From the NCBI GenBank assembly GCA_964565725.1, contig CAZMGA010000005.1:5347-37346 (forward strand): a stretch of 32,000 bases of DNA, in the 5' to 3' direction. This DNA is from an uncultured archaeon (GTDB lineage Archaea; Iainarchaeota; Iainarchaeia; Iainarchaeales; 0-14-0-20-30-16). The notes under the pieces were generated by a model. That model did not search any database, was not told the DNA's origin, and saw only the letters and a program-made list of their open reading frames with translations. Shown here one piece after another: positions 1 to 7,480 of this stretch. The position numbers and the translations under genes are program-made. Position 1 is the first letter of the stretch; the number at the start of each line of letters is the position of its first letter.

Positions 1-741
1 ATCAATAAATATTATTGTTGGTGCTTTTTCTTTTGCAATTTTAAATAAATCTTTTACTACTTTCGCACCTTCCCCAATAAATTTATGGACTAATTCTGAA
101 CCATTTAAACTAATCATAGTAGATTTTGTTTTTTGTGCAATTGCTTTTACTAACATAGTTTTTCCAGTTCCTGGTGGTCCGTATAATAAAATTCCTTTTG
201 GAGAATCAATACCAAATTTAATAAATAATTCTGGTTTTGTTAATGGTAATATAACAGTTTCTTCAACTTCTAATATTACTTTTTTTAAGCCTCCTACTTC
301 TTTAAAACTTATTTTTGGTTTTTCGTTTATTTCAAAAGCCTGTGCTCTGTAATCTTTTTCAGGACTTAGAACATCTAACATAGCCAAATTATTTTGTGCT
401 AAAACTACTCTAGATTCTATTTGAATTTCTTTTAAGAATCTTTCAGGTAAATTTACAAAAAATATCATACCATTATTTGTTCTAATAACTACTTTCATTT
501 TATCTAAAAATATTTCTGATACACTACCTATAATTGCGGGCGTGTTTTTGTACATGCCTATTGTTTTTTCTAATCTTTCATTTTCTAAAATTAAATTTTG
601 ATTTTGAATGGATAAATTTTCATTTTGTATTTTTAATAATTGAATTTCGTTTTTTATTTGTTCGGAATAGTTTTGATTATCTAAATTGTCATAAATATTT
701 AATGATTTTAAACTATTGCCTAAATTATTTAAATTTTCCAT
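1..741 (-). CDS. pan: Proteasome-activating nucleotidase (PAN, AAA+ ATPase); C-terminal part cut off by the window edge
   Basis: Reverse-strand ORF runs off the left edge, so it is absent from the ORF track. My translation: MENLNNLGNSLKSL...IQLLKIQNENLSIQNQNLILENERLEKT (coiled-coil-like N-terminus), then ...FKEVGGLKKVILEVEETVILPLTKPELFIKFGIDSPKGILLYGPPGTGKTMLVKAIA...APTIIFID. This has Walker A GPPGTGKT in the typical PAN/Rpt context. GGTGA Shine-Dalgarno lies 4 nt upstream of the ATG at 741-739. Confidence 0.85.
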   Translation of the reverse strand, partial: MENLNNLGNSLKSLNIYDNLDNQNYSEQIKNEIQLLKIQNENLSIQNQNLILENERLEKTIGMYKNTPAIIGSVSEIFLDKMKVVIRTNNGMIFFVNLPERFLKEIQIESRVVLAQNNLAMLDVLSPEKDYRAQAFEINEKPKISFKEVGGLKKVILEVEETVILPLTKPELFIKFGIDSPKGILLYGPPGTGKTMLVKAIAQKTKSTMISLNGSELVHKFIGEGAKVVKDLFKIAKEKAPTIIFID

Positions 742-774
742 TTTCTCACCTATTATATATAAATCTTAGATTAA

Positions 775-782
775 TTTATAAA
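775..782 (+). promoter_or_regulatory. TATA box (TTTATAAA) for a probably leaderless transcript of the transglycosylase operon
   Basis: TTTATAAA sits 21 nt upstream of the ATG at 804. That equals the spacing between the same octamer and the 5' end of the 5S rRNA at 6028. There is no Shine-Dalgarno before 804. Confidence 0.4.
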
Positions 783-803
783 GGTTTATGAGTTAGTTTT
801 AAT

Positions 804-2066
804 ATGCCTATAAAAATGCCTAAAAAATTAAGTAATTTTAGAAGTAATATTAAACATAATGCTAAAAAATTAACTTTAGGATTGGCATTAGCAGCTACTG
901 TCTCCGGCATAAGTCCTAAATTTAAAGTTGTAGATAAAAAACCTTTAGTTCATGAGGTTTATGATTATCGAAATTATGAATTAAAACAATCTATACTACA
1001 TTCAGAAATTTATGTGGAAGAAAGTATTTCTAGTAAAAAAATGAGAAATAAATTATTTTGTGAAAAATCATTAAACGAACTTTTAAAAAAATCAAATTCA
1101 AAAGAAAGTATTAACAAAATTGGTAAAATATTATTAACTAAATATCCTACAGATAAATTATATTTATATGATTTGGCAATAGAACTTTTTTCTAAAAATT
1201 TTAATGTGGATCCAATTATATTAAAGACTGTATTTCGTAGAAATCAATTTAGTCTAGATAACCCTGTTTTAGAATCAAATCCTGAAAGAATATCATCTAC
1301 ATTGGGCTTTAAAATAACTAAAAATGAATTAAAAGAAAATCCTTTATTAGGAATTCTTTCTGCAACTATTCGTATAAATAATTTATCTAAAAAATACGGT
1401 AAAGATTCTGCTACTTTATTATCCTATTATTTGAAAGGTTCAAATATTAAACCTGAAGATATTAAAAGATATGAATTAGAAATTATTAAATATAAAGGAG
1501 ATTATTGGGAAAAAATAGATAAATCTACCAGAAAGTTAAATGGTTTACAAACAATATCTTTAATGTCAAATTATAAAAAACATAATTATAAATTTTTATC
1601 AATTGAAAATTATAAAAAATTGTCTAAATTAGAACAAAGAAGAGAAATAGAAAGATTTTTATTTTATTTTCAAGGTATTTATAATTTTGATATAAAAACA
1701 ATTTCTTCAATAATAGAAATAGAATCACATTTTACATATGATTTAAAAAGTCCTGCTAATGCTATTGGTTTAATGCAATTAAAAGAAAGTAGTTTTAAAG
1801 AATTATTAGATAATTATGACTTTAAAAAAAATTTTGGTTTTGAACCCAAATTTAGAGATTTAAAAAATCCATATTTAAATTTATTTATGGGTATTATGCA
1901 ATATAAATATTTAGAAATTATGCATAATGGTAATTTGGAAGATATTATTAAAGCATATAATGGTGGTTCTAATGCATTATTAAATGCAAAAAACGGAGAC
2001 ATTAAAATGTCTGAATCTCTTACAAGATATTGGAATAAATTTTTAGGTGCATATAGGTCGAGATAA
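804..2066 (+). CDS. Lytic murein transglycosylase-like protein (SLT domain) with N-terminal membrane anchor/signal
   Basis: The C-terminal third carries the SLT/goose-lysozyme-like signature: IIEIESHF (catalytic E-S), ANAIGLMQLK, IIKAYNGGSNAL. The N-terminus KKLTLGLALAATVSGI is hydrophobic. Confidence 0.75.
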   Translation: MPIKMPKKLSNFRSNIKHNAKKLTLGLALAATVSGISPKFKVVDKKPLVHEVYDYRNYELKQSILHSEIYVEESISSKKMRNKLFCEKSLNELLKKSNSKESINKIGKILLTKYPTDKLYLYDLAIELFSKNFNVDPIILKTVFRRNQFSLDNPVLESNPERISSTLGFKITKNELKENPLLGILSATIRINNLSKKYGKDSATLLSYYLKGSNIKPEDIKRYELEIIKYKGDYWEKIDKSTRKLNGLQTISLMSNYKKHNYKFLSIENYKKLSKLEQRREIERFLFYFQGIYNFDIKTISSIIEIESHFTYDLKSPANAIGLMQLKESSFKELLDNYDFKKNFGFEPKFRDLKNPYLNLFMGIMQYKYLEIMHNGNLEDIIKAYNGGSNALLNAKNGDIKMSESLTRYWNKFLGAYRSR

Positions 2067-2068
2067 TT

Positions 2069-2992
2069 ATGTCAAAAATTTTTGAAATTATAATTGCTAT
2101 AATTGTAGCTTTATTATTAATTTTGTTTATTTTTAAATTGTTTATTTTTCCTAAAACAAATATTTATGCTGATTTAGAAGATTTAATAATTTTAGCAAAA
2201 TCAAAACCAGGGGAACCTATTTGTAAATATTTAAATTTAGATAAAGCTAATGTTTCTAGTAGTTTGTTATTTAATGATGATAAAGATTTAAATTATTTTA
2301 TCTGGTTTGTAGGTTCTGAAAAATTAAAAGTTTTTGCAAATAATGATAATTTTATAATAAATATAAATAATAATTTAGGCAAAAAAAGAATTTGTGCAGT
2401 ATGTTATCCTAAATTAATGTTTAATAAAGATTATGATGTTTTTTGTGAATTATCTTTTGATTCTAATTATAATAGTTTAAATGTAAATTTACAAAAAATT
2501 AATAGCCCTATTTCACAAGGTTTTATTTATAATAATAAAATAAATATTCCTCAAAATTATAAATATTATATTTATGTTTTTAATAACAATAAAAATATAA
2601 TTGCAAATTTGGAATCAATTTTAGATCAAGATAATGAAGATATAGATTTATTGTTAGACAAAAATTTCGAATTTAATGATTCTGGAAATAAATTAGTATT
2701 ACAATTAGTAGTTAAAAATAATGGTAATTATTATTCTGGATTTGGACCTGCTAAATTTTTGTATCAAAATTTAGTAATAAATGTAAATTCAGAATACCAA
2801 AAAAAAGATTGCGTTGCAACTTATAAAGAAAAACAATACTATAACTATGATCTACAAAAATGTGTTTATTATAATTATTGTAATAATTGTATTTTACCAA
2901 ATCATTGTGCTGAAAAATGGAATGCAGAGTCATTATCTAAAGATTATTCTATTTCATATACTAACGAATCTGTAATGGAATGTAATGAGTGA
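2069..2992 (+). CDS. Hypothetical membrane-anchored, Cys-rich extracytoplasmic protein
   Basis: N-terminal TM helix IFEIIIAIIVALLLILFIFKLFIF, then an Asn/Tyr-rich domain with 12 Cys, clustered near the C-terminus (CVATY...CVYYNYCNNCILPNHC...EC). Starts 3 nt after the transglycosylase stop. No family recognised. Confidence 0.55.
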   Translation: MSKIFEIIIAIIVALLLILFIFKLFIFPKTNIYADLEDLIILAKSKPGEPICKYLNLDKANVSSSLLFNDDKDLNYFIWFVGSEKLKVFANNDNFIININNNLGKKRICAVCYPKLMFNKDYDVFCELSFDSNYNSLNVNLQKINSPISQGFIYNNKINIPQNYKYYIYVFNNNKNIIANLESILDQDNEDIDLLLDKNFEFNDSGNKLVLQLVVKNNGNYYSGFGPAKFLYQNLVINVNSEYQKKDCVATYKEKQYYNYDLQKCVYYNYCNNCILPNHCAEKWNAESLSKDYSISYTNESVMECNE

Positions 2993-2997
2993 ATAAT

Positions 2998-3678
2998 ATG
3001 TTTGAATTATTGGGTAATTGGTTATTAACATTAATAAATAATATTGGTTATTTTGGTTTAATATTTTCTATGTTTATAGAAAGTACTTTTATACCTTTAC
3101 CTTCAGAAGTAATTTTAATTCCCGCAGGTATATTATGGTATCAAAAGGTATTTGATCCTATTTTAATAATTATTTGTGGAACTTTTGGAAGTATTTTAGG
3201 GGCTAGTTTAAATTATTTTATAGGGGCTAAATTAGGTCGACCTTTAATATACAAACATCCTAAATGGTTTTTTTTTAGTGAACAAAAATTAAAAAAATTA
3301 GATTTGTTTTTTGAAAAGTATGGTGCTTTAAGTATTTTTTTTGGAAGACTAATATTTGGAGTTAGACATTATATTTCTTTTCCTGCTGGATTTACTAAAA
3401 TGAATAAGAAAAAATTTGTTCTTTTTACAGGTTTAGGTTCTTTATTATGGGTTACTTTTTTAACAATTTTGGGTTATTATTTTGGCTTACAAATGCATTT
3501 AATAAAAAAATATATGTATTTATTTACTATATTAATTATTTTGGTAATTATTATGGCAATATTTATTTATATAAATAAAAATTATAATTTATTTACAAAA
3601 ATAAAAATAAAAATTAAAGAAAATAAAGAGAAAAGAAAACAAAAAAAATTAAATAAATTAAAAAATAAAAAGATTTAG
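2998..3678 (+). CDS. dedA: DedA/SNARE-associated family membrane protein
   Basis: GYFGLIFSMFIESTFIPLPSEVILIPAG and FFGRLIFGVRHYISFPAG are typical DedA motifs, and the protein has multiple TM helices. The track starts at GTG 2989. I prefer ATG 2998, which is preceded by GAGTGA plus 5 nt. Confidence 0.8.
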   Translation: MFELLGNWLLTLINNIGYFGLIFSMFIESTFIPLPSEVILIPAGILWYQKVFDPILIIICGTFGSILGASLNYFIGAKLGRPLIYKHPKWFFFSEQKLKKLDLFFEKYGALSIFFGRLIFGVRHYISFPAGFTKMNKKKFVLFTGLGSLLWVTFLTILGYYFGLQMHLIKKYMYLFTILIILVIIMAIFIYINKNYNLFTKIKIKIKENKEKRKQKKLNKLKNKKI

Positions 3679-3682
3679 AAAT

Positions 3683-4957
3683 TTATTCTAAATCAATTGT
3701 AGAATCTATTTTAGGAGCTATTGCATCAATACCTAATTTTTCTTTAATATTATTTGCAAATACATCTATAACTTCATTGTCTCCATGAACACAAATTACT
3801 TTTTCAGGATTCATTTGGCTTATACTTCTCATTAAATCATTTTTTCCTATGTGTGCTGAAAAATCAAAATGTTTTACTTCAAATGGTGCACTAACTAATT
3901 TATCTTCTATTGTTAATTTTCCACTATGTAGTAATGTATGTCCATTTGTTCCAGGCATTTGAAATCCAGTTAATAAAATTTTTGTTCTTTTATCATTTAA
4001 TTTTCTTTTTAAATAATACATTACTGGGCCACCATCTAACATTCCAGCAGTAGTTATAATAATGCTTTGTTTTTGAGTTATTTTCTTTCTTTCATTGCTA
4101 CTATTTACAAAATAAGTATTATCCAATGCATTTTTTAATCTAAAAGAATCTTTAAAATAACCAGGATATTTCATATATATTTTTGAAACTTTTTGACCCA
4201 TACCATCTAAATATATTGGTACATCATTAATTTTATATTTGTCTAATATTTCTACAATTTCTTGACTTCTTCCAACTGCAAAAGCAGGTATTATTGCTGT
4301 ACCACCATTTTCTAAAGCTGAATTTACAAAAGAAATAAATTCTTTTTCTACATCTTTTCTGTTTGGATGGTCTCTATTTCCATAAGTACTTTCAATCATT
4401 AAATAATTTGGATTATCAAAATCTAAATCTGCACCACTGTGTAATCCACTTTCTTCTAATTTAAAATCACCTGTGTATAATAAAGATTTTTTGCCTAAAT
4501 TTATTTTTGTTAATGCACTACCTAAAATGTGTCCCGCATCAAACATTTCAAAATTAATATCTTTATGAATTTGAATGTTTTGTTTGTAATTTACTAAGTT
4601 TACAGATCCAAATACATCTTTAATATTTTGTTTTGAATAAGGCATAGGGCTATTTTCATATTTTGCAATTTTTAAAGTATCTTCCCATAATATATTTGCA
4701 ATATCTAATGTTGGGGCAGTAGCATAAACAGTAGGTCTATGTTTTTGGAATAACCAAGGAATCATACCACAATGATCTAAATGACTATGACTTAAAATCA
4801 TATGTTTTATTGTAGAGTTTGGTTTTAAAGGGTAGTCTGTTCTATCCTGATTTATTTTTAAACCATAATCTAATAATAAGTTGGTATCATTATATTTTAC
4901 CTCAAATCCTGATCTACCAACTTCATGACCAGCACCTAAGGATCTTATTTTTATCAT
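3683..4957 (-). CDS. Beta-CASP metallo-beta-lactamase ribonuclease, aCPSF2-like (no KH domains)
   Basis: HSHLDHCG (MBL motif 2), DAGH, TGDF, ESTYG (beta-CASP motif A), FSAH (motif B), VHGD (motif C). The 424 aa size fits archaeal aCPSF2. AGGTGA SD lies upstream of the ATG. Confidence 0.8.
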   Translation of the reverse strand: MIKIRSLGAGHEVGRSGFEVKYNDTNLLLDYGLKINQDRTDYPLKPNSTIKHMILSHSHLDHCGMIPWLFQKHRPTVYATAPTLDIANILWEDTLKIAKYENSPMPYSKQNIKDVFGSVNLVNYKQNIQIHKDINFEMFDAGHILGSALTKINLGKKSLLYTGDFKLEESGLHSGADLDFDNPNYLMIESTYGNRDHPNRKDVEKEFISFVNSALENGGTAIIPAFAVGRSQEIVEILDKYKINDVPIYLDGMGQKVSKIYMKYPGYFKDSFRLKNALDNTYFVNSSNERKKITQKQSIIITTAGMLDGGPVMYYLKRKLNDKRTKILLTGFQMPGTNGHTLLHSGKLTIEDKLVSAPFEVKHFDFSAHIGKNDLMRSISQMNPEKVICVHGDNEVIDVFANNIKEKLGIDAIAPKIDSTIDLE

Positions 4958-4961
4958 TTTT

Positions 4962-5069
4962 TCACCTTTTTTTTGTTTTTTTATTTAAAGATAGTAGTAG
5001 GTGTGCTAATAAAAGCCCTAAAACTATAATTATTAATATAATAGTAATAACAATTAGTATCGTATTCAT
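4962..5069 (-). CDS. Possible 35-aa single-TM micro-protein (not in ORF track)
   Basis: My translation: MNTILIVITIILIIIVLGLLLAHLLLSLNKKTKKR*, a hydrophobic helix plus a basic tail. Its stop overlaps the SD of the downstream RNase gene. GTTTATAAAC (5095-5104) lies about 26 nt upstream of its ATG. It could be a chance ORF in AT-rich DNA. Confidence 0.25.
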   Translation of the reverse strand: MNTILIVITIILIIIVLGLLLAHLLLSLNKKTKKR

Positions 5070-5108
5070 AATATATATTAACAATAACAATATTGTTTAT
5101 AAACTTTT

Positions 5109-5888
5109 TTATTTAAAGTCAAAATTAGAAAATATTTTTTTTAAATTATTTCCTAAAATTTTTATCATTTCTTCTTTATTTATAGAAAAATCTTCACAGT
5201 ATTTATCAAATATTTTTTTAATTTGGCTGGGTTCTTGTAATATATTTGATACTGTTGCGGGATAATCAGTTTCAAATAAAATTTGTTCTTTTGGAACGTT
5301 TTTTATTATTTCTTTTACATTCTCATCATATAAGTATTTTGGACCTATTGTAATGAAATATCCTTTTTCAACTGCTTTTTCAACATATTTTTTAGAATCT
5401 AAAAACCAATGCATTATTACTTTATTATAATTAAAATTATTTAATATTTCTAAAGTTTGTTTTACAGCAAAGCGAGAATGTATTTCTACATAAAAATCAT
5501 TTTCTTTTGCAATTTTTAATTGTTCTATAAATGCTTTTTCTTGTAATTCTTTATTATATTCAAATTTAAAATCTAATCCAATTTCTCCTATAATTATTCT
5601 ATTTTCTTCCTTTTTTTCTTTCAACTCTTTAATTTTATCCCTTAAAATATCTATTTTTTTTAAATCTTCAGAATTTTTAAATTCTGTTGGAAATATACCT
5701 AATCCCATAAATATATTATTATATTTAGAGGCTATCAAAATTGTATTATTTATAGTAGCTAAATCTACAGAATTATTAATAAAATATTTTATATTTTGAT
5801 TTTTTGCATTATTAATTATTTTATCTATATTTATTAAATCTAAATTAGAATTTTCTTCTGATAAATGCAAATGTGCATCAAAAAGCAT
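5109..5888 (-). CDS. tatD: TatD-family metal-dependent hydrolase/DNase
   Basis: N-terminal MLFDAHLHL (HxH metal site), internal EIGLD and EIHSR, C-terminal FETDYP. These and the 259 aa length are typical of TatD. Confidence 0.8.
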   Translation of the reverse strand: MLFDAHLHLSEENSNLDLINIDKIINNAKNQNIKYFINNSVDLATINNTILIASKYNNIFMGLGIFPTEFKNSEDLKKIDILRDKIKELKEKKEENRIIIGEIGLDFKFEYNKELQEKAFIEQLKIAKENDFYVEIHSRFAVKQTLEILNNFNYNKVIMHWFLDSKKYVEKAVEKGYFITIGPKYLYDENVKEIIKNVPKEQILFETDYPATVSNILQEPSQIKKIFDKYCEDFSINKEEMIKILGNNLKKIFSNFDFK

Positions 5889-5904
5889 AAAACCACAAAA
5901 AAAG
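5889..5904 (-). terminator. Oligo-T tract downstream of the 5S rRNA
   Basis: The minus strand reads ...CTTTTTTTGTGGTTTT about 13 nt after the 5S 3' end. Archaeal termination typically uses such T-runs. Confidence 0.4.
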
Positions 5905-5916
5905 AATAAATATAAG

Positions 5917-6028
5917 TGTTAACAGAAAATATAAGCTCCGATTCACACCAGTTCCTATACTTTAAAATTGGCTTAACTTCTGGGTTCGGAATGAGACCAG
6001 GTGTACCCCAATTCTTGACCGTTAACAG
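5917..6028 (-). rRNA. rrf: 5S ribosomal RNA (about 112 nt, reduced), not linked to 16S/23S in this window
   Basis: The minus strand reads CUGUUAACGGUCAAGAAUUGGGGUACACCUGGUCUCAUUCCGAACCCAGAAGUUAAGCC.... The core ACACCUGGUCUCAUUCCGAACCCAGAAGUUAAGCC matches the universally conserved 5S loop B/helix III/loop C region. A terminal helix of about 9 bp forms between the two GTTAAC-containing ends. This is the most GC-rich patch locally. The 86-aa track ORF 5840..6100 overlaps it and is spurious. Confidence 0.9.
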
Positions 6029-6048
6029 ATATATATAGGATACAAAAA

Positions 6049-6058
6049 GTTTATAAAC
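6049..6058 (-). promoter_or_regulatory. 5S rRNA promoter: palindromic GTTTATAAAC (TATA box)
   Basis: The TTTATAAA core lies 21 nt upstream of the inferred 5S 5' end, preceded on the minus strand by ACG. The identical decamer recurs at 5095-5104 upstream of the micro-ORF/aCPSF2 unit. Confidence 0.45.
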
Positions 6059-6062
6059 GTAT

Positions 6063-6281
6063 CTAAAAGTCCTCAAAATCATTATCGTCTTCAAAAACAT
6101 TTTTATTATGAATTCCTTGTATTTTAATATCTAATGAAAATGGATGCGCTTTAATAGTTTGTTTTTTATCTTTATATATAAACAGACTATTTTCACAATA
6201 TGGGCAAACTACTATTTTATCTTTATCGCCATTTATATTGGCATTACATATCGGACAAATTGTTTTAGACATAAGTATCAC
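6063..6281 (-). CDS. Small zinc-ribbon protein with acidic C-terminus
   Basis: CPICNANINGDKDKIVVCPYC gives a CxxC...CxxC zinc ribbon. The C-terminal tail is FEDDNDFEDF. Length is 72 aa. Confidence 0.55.
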   Translation of the reverse strand: MILMSKTICPICNANINGDKDKIVVCPYCENSLFIYKDKKQTIKAHPFSLDIKIQGIHNKNVFEDDNDFEDF

Positions 6282-6324
6282 TTAAAATAAGTATTTATTT
6301 ATAGAATCATAATGCTTAAAAAGA

Positions 6325-7473
6325 CTATTTTTTTCCAATTATAGTAAATTCTTTAATATATCCTATTTTTTCAGTTCTATTATAATGGCAGAGTATATTT
6401 CTGTTTATTGAAATATCCATTACTTTAAGATTATTTAATTTGTATAATTCTTGTATATATTCATAAATATCAAAAATTTCTTTTCCTATTATTCCTCCAG
6501 CTATAGTTATACTTATTATACCATTTTTGTTAATTTGTTTTGTTATTAATTTTATAAAATCTTCTAATTGCATAAAATATTCTTGTAAAGAATAGTTTTC
6601 TGATTTATAGTAATTAGTATTTAAATTTTTAATTTTTTCTGAAAAATAATTTTCATAAAAATATTTGTTTTTATTAATTTTAGAATTAATTTCACCTAAA
6701 TGTTCTTTTAAAATTGTATCTTTATTTAATATTGCCAATTCTAACCCATATCTTTTTGTATATTCTGTTTTATTTAAATAAGGTGGTGAAGTAATAACAT
6801 AATCAAATTTTTGTTTATTATCTTCTAAAAATTTAAACACGCTTTTATTATAAACTTTTATTTCTGAGTTAGAATTAATCCTTGTTTTTTTTATGTCTTT
6901 TACTAATTCTTTGAAAATATTTTCAAATACTTTACTTGTTATTCTTTTTGCTTTTTTTACTTTTGTTAAACTAGAATTATTTTTATTGGCGTTCATTATT
7001 TTTTCAATTGTTTTTAATAATACTAAATAAAAAAAGAATTTTTCATTTTCATTAATTTTATCTATATTATTTTTAATATTAATTAAATCTTTTAAATTTT
7101 CTGAATAAAAATATTTTTTAATCCATTCTATATTTTGATTTATTGCTAAATTTGAATCATTTAATATTAATATTTGTGGTAATAAATTGTTTAATAAATT
7201 TATATTATAGTTTTGTGTTTTTGCACTACTTACTAAATACATTAAATATGATACGTCTGTTCCTATTGCATTAAATTTAAATTCTTTAGAAGTTAATAAT
7301 GTAGTTCCTGTGCCACAAAAAGGATCATAAACTAAAATATTTTTTTTATTTATAGGATATTTTTCAAATATTTTTTTAACTAAATCAAAAGAATATGCTT
7401 CTGTAAATTCAAACCAATTGTAAATTTTATTATGTTTGTTTCCTTGAAAAGTACTATCTAATATTTTTCGCAT
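6325..7473 (-). CDS. SAM-dependent N4/N6-type methyltransferase (SPPY catalytic motif); the substrate could be DNA or RNA
   Basis: The SAM-binding region NWFEFTEAYSFDLVKKIFEKY...ILVYDPFCGTGTTLL resembles the motif X-I block of N4/N6 MTases. Catalytic motif IV, DYVITSPPYLN, lies about 175 aa later. No nuclease ORF is adjacent. Confidence 0.65.
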   Translation of the reverse strand: MRKILDSTFQGNKHNKIYNWFEFTEAYSFDLVKKIFEKYPINKKNILVYDPFCGTGTTLLTSKEFKFNAIGTDVSYLMYLVSSAKTQNYNINLLNNLLPQILILNDSNLAINQNIEWIKKYFYSENLKDLINIKNNIDKINENEKFFFYLVLLKTIEKIMNANKNNSSLTKVKKAKRITSKVFENIFKELVKDIKKTRINSNSEIKVYNKSVFKFLEDNKQKFDYVITSPPYLNKTEYTKRYGLELAILNKDTILKEHLGEINSKINKNKYFYENYFSEKIKNLNTNYYKSENYSLQEYFMQLEDFIKLITKQINKNGIISITIAGGIIGKEIFDIYEYIQELYKLNNLKVMDISINRNILCHYNRTEKIGYIKEFTIIGKK

Positions 7474-7480
7474 TTTATCA

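Noticed and set aside
534-791. 85-aa plus-strand ORF from the track
   Set aside because: It lies antisense to the clearly real PAN AAA+ ATPase gene. Its Phe/Leu/Ile-rich nonsense composition is typical of shadow frames in AT-rich DNA.
2069-2150. N-terminus MSKIFEIIIAIIVALLL of the Cys-rich protein, considered as a type IV pilin signal
   Set aside because: It lacks the K/R-G/A junction and the Q-x-S-x-E pattern seen in the two bona fide pilin-like genes at 24407-24974. It is better described as a plain signal anchor.
5840-6100. 86-aa minus-strand ORF from the track
   Set aside because: It spans the 5S rRNA gene and its promoter. The conserved 5S core explains the sequence, and the ORF is spurious.
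6063-7473. Methyltransferase plus neighbour, considered as a restriction-modification system
   Set aside because: The only unassigned neighbour is a 72-aa zinc ribbon, too small for a restriction endonuclease. No nuclease motifs were seen, so I treat the gene as an orphan MTase.
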